From a virus, in the IMG/VR virus record IMGVR_UViG_3300032315_000470, positions 7,657 to 71,656 of that record: a stretch of 64,000 nt of DNA; one strand, 5' to 3'. Each line of letters begins with the position of its first letter. Position 1 is the first letter of the stretch. This document shows, piece after piece, positions 28,677-37,517 of the stretch. The notes under the pieces were generated by a model. That model worked only from the letters and a program-made list of their open reading frames with translations, was not told where the DNA came from and did not search any database. The position numbers and the translations under genes are program-made.

Positions 28677-30658
28677 AATCTTTTTTAGAGTTAGTCGAAG
28701 AAACAAAACAAGGCGAAAAACACCATGTAATGACCTTTGGTCGGATGAATCCACCAACCACAGGTCATTTAAAGTTAATCGACAAAGTAAAAGAAGTCGC
28801 CGATAAAAATAAAGCCAGTCATTCTGTTGTGGTTTCTCACTCACAAGATTCTAAGAAGAATCCACTATCTGGTGAAACCAAAGTCAAACATCTTAAAAGA
28901 TATTCTCCAGGTACTCATATTGAATCATCCTCAAAAGAACATCCAACATTCTTACACCACGCAGAAAAGTTACACAAAGCTGGCGTCACCCATTTACACA
29001 TGGTAGTTGGTTCTGACCGTGTTAAAGAAATGAAAGAAAAACTTAACCAGTATAATGGCACACATAAAGGTGCATTATACAACTTTAAGAAAATTACTGT
29101 ACACTCAGCAGGTCATCGTGATCCTGATGCAGAAGGTTCTGAAGGTATGTCAGGCACCAAAATGCGTAGTCATGCGGCTTCAGGTAATTATAAAGAGTTT
29201 AAAAAAGGCGTTCCTGGTCATGTTGCCGACCACCATGCAAAAGAACTCTATCATGATACACGCAAAGGTATGGGAATACACGAAAATATCAATCGTGGAC
29301 TATTCAAGGCTATCTTTGTTACTGGTGGTCCAGGTTCGGGTAAAGATGTTATCATTCGTGAAGCCATTGCAGAATCAAGAGCAGTAGAATTGAATGCTAC
29401 GCAAGCCTTTGATTACCTTGCGGATAAACAAAAACTTGCAGAAAAAACAAGTGATTTCCGTAGAGAATCTATCAGAAACCGTGGTCCTCTAATTATCAAT
29501 GGACCAGCAGATAACATTGATAAGATTAACCATATTAAAGAAGAACTGGAAGAATTAGGTTATTCCACAATGATGGTGTTTGTCAATACAACAAACGAAA
29601 TTAGTCAAGAAAGAAACACCAAACTGTCTAGGATGATGGTCGAATCGATTAGATATGACAAGTGGTCACAATCTCAGAAAAACAAAAGACTTTTTTCAGA
29701 ATCTTTTGGTGATTTTATACAAATTGACAATACTGGTTCATTGGAATCAATTGAACAAGATATCACAAATACCTACATAAATATAAATGCATTTATAGAA
29801 AATAAATCCTATAATGAAGTATCATTATCATGGCTCGAAAACCACGGTAAGTTAAATATAGGTGATAAACTCGATATTATTAAGGAAGAAAGAAATGTTC
29901 AAAGCGCTAATAAATTTATTCAGATCAAAACCAATCGTGGACTCAAAGCCGCCGGTCTCGGCAGTATCCCAGCCGACAATCGTGCAGGAGACCCCAACGC
30001 AGACGACATCAAGTGGGACGCACCAAAAAGAACAAAAACCTACACGTTCCGAACCTACAGCGAAGAAAGCAAGCCCACGCTCACGATCAACCCAGTCCCA
30101 AAAGAAGCCAACTTCTCCAAAGACAAAGAAAAAGTAAAGAATAAAAAACGATATTCGGATGCCCCAACAGTAAGTCAAAGACTACGAAACACCACGGGTG
30201 TGGGGCCAGAATTCGATACACGCCAGCAGGGAACAGTATATCCCATGTCCGGTCTTGGCGATGTAACATACAGAGAACAAAAAGAATTTAATAGTTTTAG
30301 AAAAACAATTAAAGAATACAAAGGATTTCAGAATGATACTTCCATATCGGATATGGGAGTAGGTGGTGTTCTGAACGGTGCGACAAATTTTGAGCCCATG
30401 CAGTCTTATAAAGATGCAGAACGAAATATTGGTGTGGCTATTACCAAAAAGAAAAAACCTGTAAAAGAAGATGCGGTGAGTAAGTTAGAAACTGGTTTAA
30501 CTAAGTTACAGAAAACCGATTATGACACTATTGATAAGTTGATGACAAGAATCTCTAAAGATGAGAAAACAACAGGTAAAGATTTACATGACGATTTTGT
30601 AAAAAAACACGGTAAGGTACCGGACAATTGGATAAAAGACAAAAAACAGGAGAAATAA
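28673..30658 (+). CDS. Cytidylyltransferase-family nucleotidyltransferase fused to a P-loop kinase-like domain and low-complexity tail
   Basis: FGRMNPPTTGH, VVGSDR, MSGTKMR, then GGPGSGKD; N-terminus MKSFLELVEE. Confidence 0.8.
   Translation: MKSFLELVEETKQGEKHHVMTFGRMNPPTTGHLKLIDKVKEVADKNKASHSVVVSHSQDSKKNPLSGETKVKHLKRYSPGTHIESSSKEHPTFLHHAEKLHKAGVTHLHMVVGSDRVKEMKEKLNQYNGTHKGALYNFKKITVHSAGHRDPDAEGSEGMSGTKMRSHAASGNYKEFKKGVPGHVADHHAKELYHDTRKGMGIHENINRGLFKAIFVTGGPGSGKDVIIREAIAESRAVELNATQAFDYLADKQKLAEKTSDFRRESIRNRGPLIINGPADNIDKINHIKEELEELGYSTMMVFVNTTNEISQERNTKLSRMMVESIRYDKWSQSQKNKRLFSESFGDFIQIDNTGSLESIEQDITNTYININAFIENKSYNEVSLSWLENHGKLNIGDKLDIIKEERNVQSANKFIQIKTNRGLKAAGLGSIPADNRAGDPNADDIKWDAPKRTKTYTFRTYSEESKPTLTINPVPKEANFSKDKEKVKNKKRYSDAPTVSQRLRNTTGVGPEFDTRQQGTVYPMSGLGDVTYREQKEFNSFRKTIKEYKGFQNDTSISDMGVGGVLNGATNFEPMQSYKDAERNIGVAITKKKKPVKEDAVSKLETGLTKLQKTDYDTIDKLMTRISKDEKTTGKDLHDDFVKKHGKVPDNWIKDKKQEK
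29895..30137 (+). CDS. Putative overprinted small basic protein in an alternative frame
   Basis: TAAGGA RBS; MFKALINLFRSKP amphipathic start; K/P/S/T-rich tail; locally raised GC. Confidence 0.5.
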   Translation: MFKALINLFRSKPIVDSKPPVSAVSQPTIVQETPTQTTSSGTHQKEQKPTRSEPTAKKASPRSRSTQSQKKPTSPKTKKK

Positions 30659-30659
30659 A

Positions 30660-32024
30660 ATGTTTGTCAATAAGTTAAAGATGGATAAAATTGCTGAAGC
30701 AGTTAAAAAGTGTATGGACGAAGCCGACTTGGAAGAAACGGGTCTACGCAAAGCCGCCTATGCTGCTCACACCAAAGGCGAAAAAATGTTTTCGTTTAAA
30801 GGCAAAACATATCCTGTTAAAGTTCAAGGCGAAGAAGTTTCATATGGTAAAGAGATAAAAGAAGCTTCTTGTGAAGATGAAGTAAAAAAACATGAAAAAA
30901 GATTACATGGCAAAGATGGCGAAGTCAGTAAGCATGTAGATAAGATGCACAAAGAAGAATTATCGCCAAAACAAAAGAAGATTGCTAAACTCAATCATCC
31001 AAAAGATGAAATTGATGCTGGTGATTTGGCCAAATTACGTGGTGAAGAAACTGAATTAGACGAAGCTGAAAAAGTGGCGACTGCTACAGGTATGAAAGTT
31101 TATGGTTCTTCTTATGGTGATTCAGCGAGAGCTCGCCGTGATCAAGTTAAGAAAGAAATTGATACAATCAAAGGTCCTACAACTAAACAACTAGTTGGTG
31201 TTGAAAAAGAAAAAGTTAAGAAAGAAGAATTCTTCAAAGATAAATTAATCTCTAATTACATTGAAGAAGAATCTTTATTCGAAGATGAACTACAAGAAGT
31301 TCTTTCTAAAGATGCAACTGCTGGTGATTGGATTAGTGATTTTGTTCATTCAGATAATCCTAAGTTTGAAGGTAAATCTAAAAAGATGCGTCAAAAGATG
31401 GCACTTGCAGCCTACTATGCAAAAAAGAATGAATCGGTAGATGATAGTTATCCTGTAACAACAGACACCGTTGCTGGCCGTATGCCAGGTGGAGTGTCAA
31501 ATACCTTCAAACAATTCAAAGTGAAAGTTTCAGCTAAAGATAAAGAAGCGGCTGAAACAAAAAATACAATTCCAAACTCCGATCCAATGAACTTGACTGC
31601 TCGTGACCCACATGTTGGCCATGGTGGTTTGGTATCGATTCCTCCAGCAGGTGTTGTTCGTAAAGAAGAAGTTGAATTGGATGAAGCAACTCCACCAAAG
31701 AATACAGATGTTGCAGATAAATCTTACTTGAAAGATATGGGTAAAAAACCTACTGTTAAATCTGATCTGAAAAACTTCAAAAACTTTTTAACTGGTAAAA
31801 AAGAAACAAACGAAGGTAAACAACCAGAAACAGATAATGTTCCTTTTGTAACAAATGCAGACCAACCTCCTTTTGATGGTCCATACAAAAAAATTGATAA
31901 AACAACAACCGATAAATCTGGTGCGAAACACACACCAATGAGCCGTGCAAAAGATTTGGCTCAATCAGCAATGAAACGTGTTAAAACAGAAATGCTGGGT
32001 AAGGCTCCTGGTAATAACGGTTAA
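30660..32024 (+). CDS. Charged modular protein, putative internal head (poly)protein
   Basis: Many (L/I/V)-x-E sites (LEE, IKE, LDE, IEE, LQE) separating short modules. Confidence 0.55.
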   Translation: MFVNKLKMDKIAEAVKKCMDEADLEETGLRKAAYAAHTKGEKMFSFKGKTYPVKVQGEEVSYGKEIKEASCEDEVKKHEKRLHGKDGEVSKHVDKMHKEELSPKQKKIAKLNHPKDEIDAGDLAKLRGEETELDEAEKVATATGMKVYGSSYGDSARARRDQVKKEIDTIKGPTTKQLVGVEKEKVKKEEFFKDKLISNYIEEESLFEDELQEVLSKDATAGDWISDFVHSDNPKFEGKSKKMRQKMALAAYYAKKNESVDDSYPVTTDTVAGRMPGGVSNTFKQFKVKVSAKDKEAAETKNTIPNSDPMNLTARDPHVGHGGLVSIPPAGVVRKEEVELDEATPPKNTDVADKSYLKDMGKKPTVKSDLKNFKNFLTGKKETNEGKQPETDNVPFVTNADQPPFDGPYKKIDKTTTDKSGAKHTPMSRAKDLAQSAMKRVKTEMLGKAPGNNG

Positions 32025-32032
32025 GGTACAAG

Positions 32033-33430
32033 ATGAGTTTATCTAAAAAACTGAAGATGATTATTAAAGGTGAACCAAAGCCCACCTTTGGCACCGATCC
32101 TAACGAACCATGGTCAGTTCGTGCAGGTATCACGGAAGGTGAGGCTGGATTTTTATCTTCTTATTTAAAGTCGAGGGGAATTAATCCTGAATTTGTAAGT
32201 AGAGATACAAAAATTTCACATGCCAAATCGGCTGAATTTTTCAAGTGGAAAAGAGACCATAGATTTGATGATCCAGCAGATACCGTATCTTCTGTTACAA
32301 GGGATAAAATGAAAGCCCAAAGAGAAGAAGTGCAGGTCGATGAAGCCAAAACTATTCAAGGCACGGCTTTAGATAAGTTTCGTCAGGCTGCAGCAGAAAG
32401 AGCAAGAAAACACGATGACATCGAAAGAGAAATGAAAGCTCGTCATGCTGCTGGTAAAGAAGATATGAAAGGTTCTATCGACCGTTTAGAAAAACAATTG
32501 AACAAAGAAGAATCTGGCATCAGCAAAGCAAAAGAAACCTCATTTCATAAAAAATTGGATACTTTAGTTCATAACACCTTTGGTAAAAGAAAAGATGAAT
32601 TGAAAATGAAAGAAGAAGTTGAATTGAAGGAAGTTAAAAATTATCCATTTAGTTATCGTGCAACATATCATGATCCTGATACGAATAAAATTACTCATAT
32701 GATGGATTTTAAACATAAAAGCTTAGATGCAGCTAAAAAACATGCAGAAGGTTCTAGACTGCAACGTAGAGATGGTAAAGAAGATATCCTTCATTCGGTC
32801 GTTCAAGTTAAAGAAGAAGTTGAACAGGTTGATGAAATTTCGAAATCAACATTAGATTCATATAAAGATAAATCTTCAGCCAGCCTTAAAAATGCTAAGA
32901 TAAACCGGGATGCAGCAGAACCAGGTAAAAATATGTCTAAAGCATTCGCTGATTTGCATGCCAAGTCCAATGCAATTGCCAAGAAGCGTGTAAAAGGTCT
33001 GATGGGTTATCTTCAACGCAAACAAGGTGTAAAACCTATGGGTGAAGATGTCTATCAAGATCCACAAGCAGCAACTCAGACAGCCTTTGATATGGGAACT
33101 CAAGCTGATGACAGAGAACCCACCTATTCTCGTAAAAAAGAAATGTCCAAGTCTGCTCGGATGATTAAATCTTTGTATAAGAAACACAAGATGGTGAAAG
33201 AAGAACTTTACGATCACGAAAAAGAAGATAAGTCCGTATCAACCTATGGTAAGAAACCAAAGGTCGAAAAGGTACAAGATGATGGTGACGAAAATAACCA
33301 AGCATCTATGGTGTTAAAAGGTGGCAAGACACTAACGGGTCAAACTAGAGATACCCTCGAAATTGATCCTGTAATGAGAAAACCATCAAGTCCTGATAAC
33401 AAAAACAGCAGTACGAAAACAGATAAATAA
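32033..33430 (+). CDS. Charged modular protein, putative internal head (poly)protein
   Basis: EEVQVDE, EEVELKE, EEVEQVDEISKSTL, VKEE linkers. Confidence 0.55.
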   Translation: MSLSKKLKMIIKGEPKPTFGTDPNEPWSVRAGITEGEAGFLSSYLKSRGINPEFVSRDTKISHAKSAEFFKWKRDHRFDDPADTVSSVTRDKMKAQREEVQVDEAKTIQGTALDKFRQAAAERARKHDDIEREMKARHAAGKEDMKGSIDRLEKQLNKEESGISKAKETSFHKKLDTLVHNTFGKRKDELKMKEEVELKEVKNYPFSYRATYHDPDTNKITHMMDFKHKSLDAAKKHAEGSRLQRRDGKEDILHSVVQVKEEVEQVDEISKSTLDSYKDKSSASLKNAKINRDAAEPGKNMSKAFADLHAKSNAIAKKRVKGLMGYLQRKQGVKPMGEDVYQDPQAATQTAFDMGTQADDREPTYSRKKEMSKSARMIKSLYKKHKMVKEELYDHEKEDKSVSTYGKKPKVEKVQDDGDENNQASMVLKGGKTLTGQTRDTLEIDPVMRKPSSPDNKNSSTKTDK

Positions 33431-33460
33431 ACACAACCAAAGGTTAACAAGGAGAAAAAG

Positions 33461-34084
33461 ATGTCATTATTTTGGGGCAATACAGACCGTGCTAATAGCG
33501 AACCGCTACTTCCAGAGAATAGAGAAGTTCGTGAGGTAGCCGTATTAATAACCGCCAATGCAACTGCACTTGGCACCAATGAAATTATATTTACAACCAG
33601 TCCAGCTGCAGCAGGTGTTGCAAATGGAATGTATGTTTATGCAACCGCAAATAACGGATTATCAAGATTCTTTGATGGATCTATTATTGATGAAGATGAT
33701 ATTGCTTTCAAACGCAGTAACAATAGTGTTGCAGTATTAAGAACAGGTACAGCAAATGTTCGTGTTCAGTTTGCAAACAATACGATTGCACCAATTGGTG
33801 CTGGCCAAACCATTTATTTTGCTACAGCTGTTAATCATGGCACAAATGCAGCTTCACGGTTTGCCAACGATACAATCTTGGTAACAAGCACTCGTTTAGC
33901 AAATGCTTTAATTGCTGGTGCAAACTCTGGTATTCATCAAGGATGGAATCGTTTTACATATAAAATGAATAATGATGGTACAAAACGTCAACTAAGAGAA
34001 ACATTAATTGTTCTTGCTAATCCAACTGCATTGAACGTAAGTTCTGGCAATACAAGCACAAACTCTGTGTTCCGAGGCGTTTAA
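33461..34084 (+). CDS. Putative virion structural protein
   Basis: GATAAATA late-like promoter, AAGGAG RBS, A/N/T/G-rich composition, own terminator. Confidence 0.5.
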   Translation: MSLFWGNTDRANSEPLLPENREVREVAVLITANATALGTNEIIFTTSPAAAGVANGMYVYATANNGLSRFFDGSIIDEDDIAFKRSNNSVAVLRTGTANVRVQFANNTIAPIGAGQTIYFATAVNHGTNAASRFANDTILVTSTRLANALIAGANSGIHQGWNRFTYKMNNDGTKRQLRETLIVLANPTALNVSSGNTSTNSVFRGV

Positions 34085-34095
34085 TTTTTTAATAT

Positions 34096-34139
34096 AAGAA
34101 AATGGGTATTCTATCCCCAGAATATCCTTTTCTTTTTTT
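34096..34139 (+). terminator. Rho-independent terminator
   Basis: GGGTATTCT-ATCCCC-AGAATATCC followed by a T tract. Confidence 0.7.
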
Positions 34140-34150
34140 ATGTGTAAAAA

Positions 34151-34537
34151 ATGATTGATGATTTGAATGACGACAATTTTATGATATATGCAGTTAAGTG
34201 CTATAATGCACCACATTGTATTATGTCCGAATTCGAAAGTGATATCAAACGAACAAAGTATTTAAAGAGGTTGTTTCGTAGGTATAAAATTACAAAATCT
34301 CTTAAAGAGAGATTGATATTGAATCATATTATTTTATTGAATAATGTTTTTGGTCCAGAACACACGGCAAGAATATTGTTCTATAAAATAGACGAAAGAG
34401 ATTATGATATTTTGAAAACTTTTTTGTCTTATCTGAATATAGTTCCCGAAATGGTTTATGGAGTTAGAGGTAAAAACATTCCGGTTGCAGAAATTCCAAT
34501 AGATAATAATATCGCAGAGATACTTAAACGAATATGA
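34151..34537 (+). CDS. Conserved T4-like phage hypothetical protein
   Basis: KYLKRLF...ERLILNHIILLNNVFG motif. Confidence 0.7.
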   Translation: MIDDLNDDNFMIYAVKCYNAPHCIMSEFESDIKRTKYLKRLFRRYKITKSLKERLILNHIILLNNVFGPEHTARILFYKIDERDYDILKTFLSYLNIVPEMVYGVRGKNIPVAEIPIDNNIAEILKRI

Positions 34538-34854
34538 AAACATTTAAACAGTTCCTAGAAGAAGATTACTTGGATGAAAAATCTCCAGCATGGCAGCGAT
34601 CTGCCGGCAAAAATCCAGAAGGCGGTTTAAATCGTAAAGGTATCGCATCTTACCGCAGAGAAAATCCTGGTTCTAAATTGTCTATGGCTGTTACAACAAA
34701 ACCATCCAAATTAAAACCTGGTTCTAAATCAGCAAATCGTAGAAAATCATTTTGTGCTCGTATGGGTGGCATGAAGAAAAGATTAACTTCAGCTAAAACA
34801 GCGAATGATCCGGATAGCCGTATCAATAAAGCATTAAGAAAGTGGAATTGCTGA
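34534..34854 (+). CDS. Basic conserved phage protein (DUF6321-like) with capsid-targeting-like N-terminus
   Basis: MKTFKQFLEE; AWQRSAGKNPEGGLN...SFCARMGG...ALRKWNC. Confidence 0.7.
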   Translation: MKTFKQFLEEDYLDEKSPAWQRSAGKNPEGGLNRKGIASYRRENPGSKLSMAVTTKPSKLKPGSKSANRRKSFCARMGGMKKRLTSAKTANDPDSRINKALRKWNC

Positions 34855-35528
34855 TGAAATCATTTAAACAATATCTTGGTGAAGATTTAAGACAATGGTT
34901 TAAACAAAAGTGGGTTCGCATGGACACCAAAGGTAATATTAAAGGCGACTGTGCAAGAGAACCAGGTGAAGGTAAACCAAAGTGTTTACCCCAAGCAAAA
35001 GCTCATGCAATTGGTAAAGAAGCTCGTGCTTCTGCTGCTCAAAGAAAGCGTAGAGAGGATCCTAATCCAGAACGCCGTGGTGCGCCAATCAATGTAAAGA
35101 CAGAAGAAGTCGATGAAGCCTGTTGGGATGGATATACAGCCAAAGGTTTAAAGAAAAAAGGCAATCGCATGGTGCCTAATTGTGTACCAGAGGAAGTTGA
35201 ATCTATTGATGAAAAGAATGTACCAACAAGTCCAGAAAAGTGGGCTCGTGCTAAGGCGGCCGCCAAATCCAAATTTGCAGTATATCCATCCGCATATGCA
35301 AATGGATGGGCATCGAAAAAATATAAAGCTATGGGTGGTGGATGGAGAACCGAAGAAACAGTTAGTGAAGATGGCGCAATGGGTGGTTCTGCTGGTCCAA
35401 CTAATGTGGTCGGCACTGGTGCAATTGCCGGAACAGGCGGTAAAGGCGGTGAACCAGGAGTTTATCTGCCAAGAAGAAAAAAGAGTGCCGTATTGATGAA
35501 TATGATTAAAAGAAAGGCAACACAGTAA
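34854..35528 (+). CDS. Modular basic protein with capsid-targeting-like N-terminus
   Basis: MKSFKQYLGE; modules LRQWFKQKWV, CWDGY...VPNCVP, KFAVYPSAYANGW separated by EE linkers. Confidence 0.65.
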   Translation: MKSFKQYLGEDLRQWFKQKWVRMDTKGNIKGDCAREPGEGKPKCLPQAKAHAIGKEARASAAQRKRREDPNPERRGAPINVKTEEVDEACWDGYTAKGLKKKGNRMVPNCVPEEVESIDEKNVPTSPEKWARAKAAAKSKFAVYPSAYANGWASKKYKAMGGGWRTEETVSEDGAMGGSAGPTNVVGTGAIAGTGGKGGEPGVYLPRRKKSAVLMNMIKRKATQ

Positions 35529-36112
35529 TGTGGTTGTTGAATTGGGTACCTAATTTTGTAATTCACCTGATGGTCATAGCAGGTGTGTTGGGTATTATTG
35601 TCAGCTGGTTCTTCAGTTTCATGCCTTTTGTTAGTCAATATAAATTACCCATACAAATCATTTCGACACTTGTGCTTGTGTTAGGCATTTGGATTGAAGG
35701 TGCCAACAGTAACAACAATGCGTGGTTACTAAAAATAAAAGATATGGAAGTCAAAGTCGCACAAGCTGAAACACAATCAGCCAATGTAAACACTATTTTG
35801 GTTGAAACAATCGTTGAAAAAGAAAATATCATTAAGGATAAACAAAATGAAATTAAGAGTGCAATCAATAAGCATGTTACTGATAACTGTCGTTTGTCTA
35901 ACGCTTCTGTCAGCTTGTTCAACAGTTCCAGTCAAGCAGAACTTCCCGACAGCGCCATCCACACTATTACGGGAACCTCAGAAATTACAATCTCTGAACT
36001 CCTCAACACAGTCAACAACAACAACGCAACCTACTACAAACTCGTTGAACAAGTAAAAGGTTGGCAAGACTGGTATTACAAGAATAAACAAATATATGAG
36101 AGTATCAAATGA
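35528..36112 (+). CDS. i-spanin (Rz-like)
   Basis: N-terminal TM segments, coiled coil, single Cys; contains an embedded lipoprotein ORF. Confidence 0.7.
   Translation: MWLLNWVPNFVIHLMVIAGVLGIIVSWFFSFMPFVSQYKLPIQIISTLVLVLGIWIEGANSNNNAWLLKIKDMEVKVAQAETQSANVNTILVETIVEKENIIKDKQNEIKSAINKHVTDNCRLSNASVSLFNSSSQAELPDSAIHTITGTSEITISELLNTVNNNNATYYKLVEQVKGWQDWYYKNKQIYESIK
35847..36056 (+). CDS. o-spanin (Rz1-like lipoprotein) embedded in the +1 frame
   Basis: AAGGA RBS; lipobox LSAC; Pro-containing mature part. Confidence 0.75.
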   Translation: MKLRVQSISMLLITVVCLTLLSACSTVPVKQNFPTAPSTLLREPQKLQSLNSSTQSTTTTQPTTNSLNK

Positions 36113-36459
36113 TGAGCTCTTGGTTCGATGAAATAGTTACACCAGATGAAATACTTTATGTTATTCTAGCATTATTATTTTTTACTTGCATATATGCACT
36201 CTGGAGACTCAATCAAGATAAAAAGAATACAATCTCTATTATAGACTTAGTTGCTATTAATGGTAAATTAAATGAACGCAAATTTAGTAGATTTGGTGCA
36301 TGGATTGTTAGTACTTGGGGATTCATATATTTGATTGCAAATGATAAACTATCTGAATGGTATTTTGTTGGATATATGGGTGCTTGGGTAGCTAATGCTT
36401 TAATTGGTAAAGCCATTAAAGATCCAAATGGTGAAGAAACACCAACACCGAAAGAATGA
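36109..36459 (+). CDS. Putative holin
   Basis: Small multi-TM protein between spanins and endolysin. Confidence 0.55.
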   Translation: MMSSWFDEIVTPDEILYVILALLFFTCIYALWRLNQDKKNTISIIDLVAINGKLNERKFSRFGAWIVSTWGFIYLIANDKLSEWYFVGYMGAWVANALIGKAIKDPNGEETPTPKE

Positions 36460-37061
36460 TAGTGATTACCTCAGAACAATTACAAAAATTAGGAATTTCA
36501 GCTGATTGGTGTGATGTACTGAATGTTCTTTTGCCTATATATGGTATAGACTCTCCACAGAGGATTGCGTCATTTATAGCTCAATGTTCGCATGAATCGG
36601 GACATTTTGAGAAACTAATAGAGAATTTAAATTATGGTGCCAAAGGTTTAGTGATGACTTGGCCAAAAAGATTTACATCACCAGAACTAGCGAATAAGTA
36701 TGCTAGACAACCTGAAATGATTGCAAATTATGTGTACGCAAATCGTTTGGGTAATGGTGATGAGTTGAGTGGAGATGGATGGAAATACAGAGGTAGAGGT
36801 CTGATTCAATTAACAGGTAAATATAACTATCAAAAGTTTGCCGATACTGTTGGAATGGACTTAGAACAAGTAACTAGGTATCTAGAAACCAAACAAGGTG
36901 CAGCTGAGGCAGCTTGTTTATTCTGGAAGAACAATAAACTCAACTCATATGCAGATGTCGGTGATATTAGAGGTATGACTAAAGTGATTAATGGCGGATA
37001 CATTGGTTTGCCTGAGAGGGAAGAGAATTATAGAAAAGCGCTGAATATTTTAGGAACATAA
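36456..37061 (+). CDS. Glycoside hydrolase family 19 endolysin
   Basis: FIAQCSHESG, ENLNY, YRGRGLIQLTGKYNY, TKVINGG. Confidence 0.92.
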   Translation: MIVITSEQLQKLGISADWCDVLNVLLPIYGIDSPQRIASFIAQCSHESGHFEKLIENLNYGAKGLVMTWPKRFTSPELANKYARQPEMIANYVYANRLGNGDELSGDGWKYRGRGLIQLTGKYNYQKFADTVGMDLEQVTRYLETKQGAAEAACLFWKNNKLNSYADVGDIRGMTKVINGGYIGLPEREENYRKALNILGT

Positions 37062-37063
37062 AG

Positions 37064-37489
37064 ATGGAAAACGGCAAAGGAATGGTAGACGTTCAAATTG
37101 ATGTTGGTGTTTTGAAAACTCAAGTATTGACTTTATCCGCTTTATGTAATAAAATGGATCAAGTTATAGAGAAACTCGTGGATCAGCACGACAGACATAT
37201 AGCGAAAGTGTATGCCGACATGGACCAGCGTAGAATAGAAACAGAAAAAGACATCAAAGAGATCCATGAACGGATTGATACCGTATTGGATAAGATGCAA
37301 GATTCGAATGAAAAAATTATGGAAGAATTTAAATCTTTAAGAAAAGATATGGCAGAACATAATAAAAAAGAAAAAGAAGCTTTGGATACAATTTTGAAGT
37401 GGAAATGGATGATTGCCGGCGGTATACTTGTTTTTTCCTACTTGATTTCTCATATAAATTTTGATACACTATTACACCTAAGTAAATAA
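37064..37489 (+). CDS. Coiled-coil protein with C-terminal TM segment
   Basis: KWKWMIAGG C-terminal anchor; precedes primase. Confidence 0.6.
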   Translation: MENGKGMVDVQIDVGVLKTQVLTLSALCNKMDQVIEKLVDQHDRHIAKVYADMDQRRIETEKDIKEIHERIDTVLDKMQDSNEKIMEEFKSLRKDMAEHNKKEKEALDTILKWKWMIAGGILVFSYLISHINFDTLLHLSK

Positions 37490-37517
37490 TTTTTACCATT
37501 TTTGAAGTGAATATATC

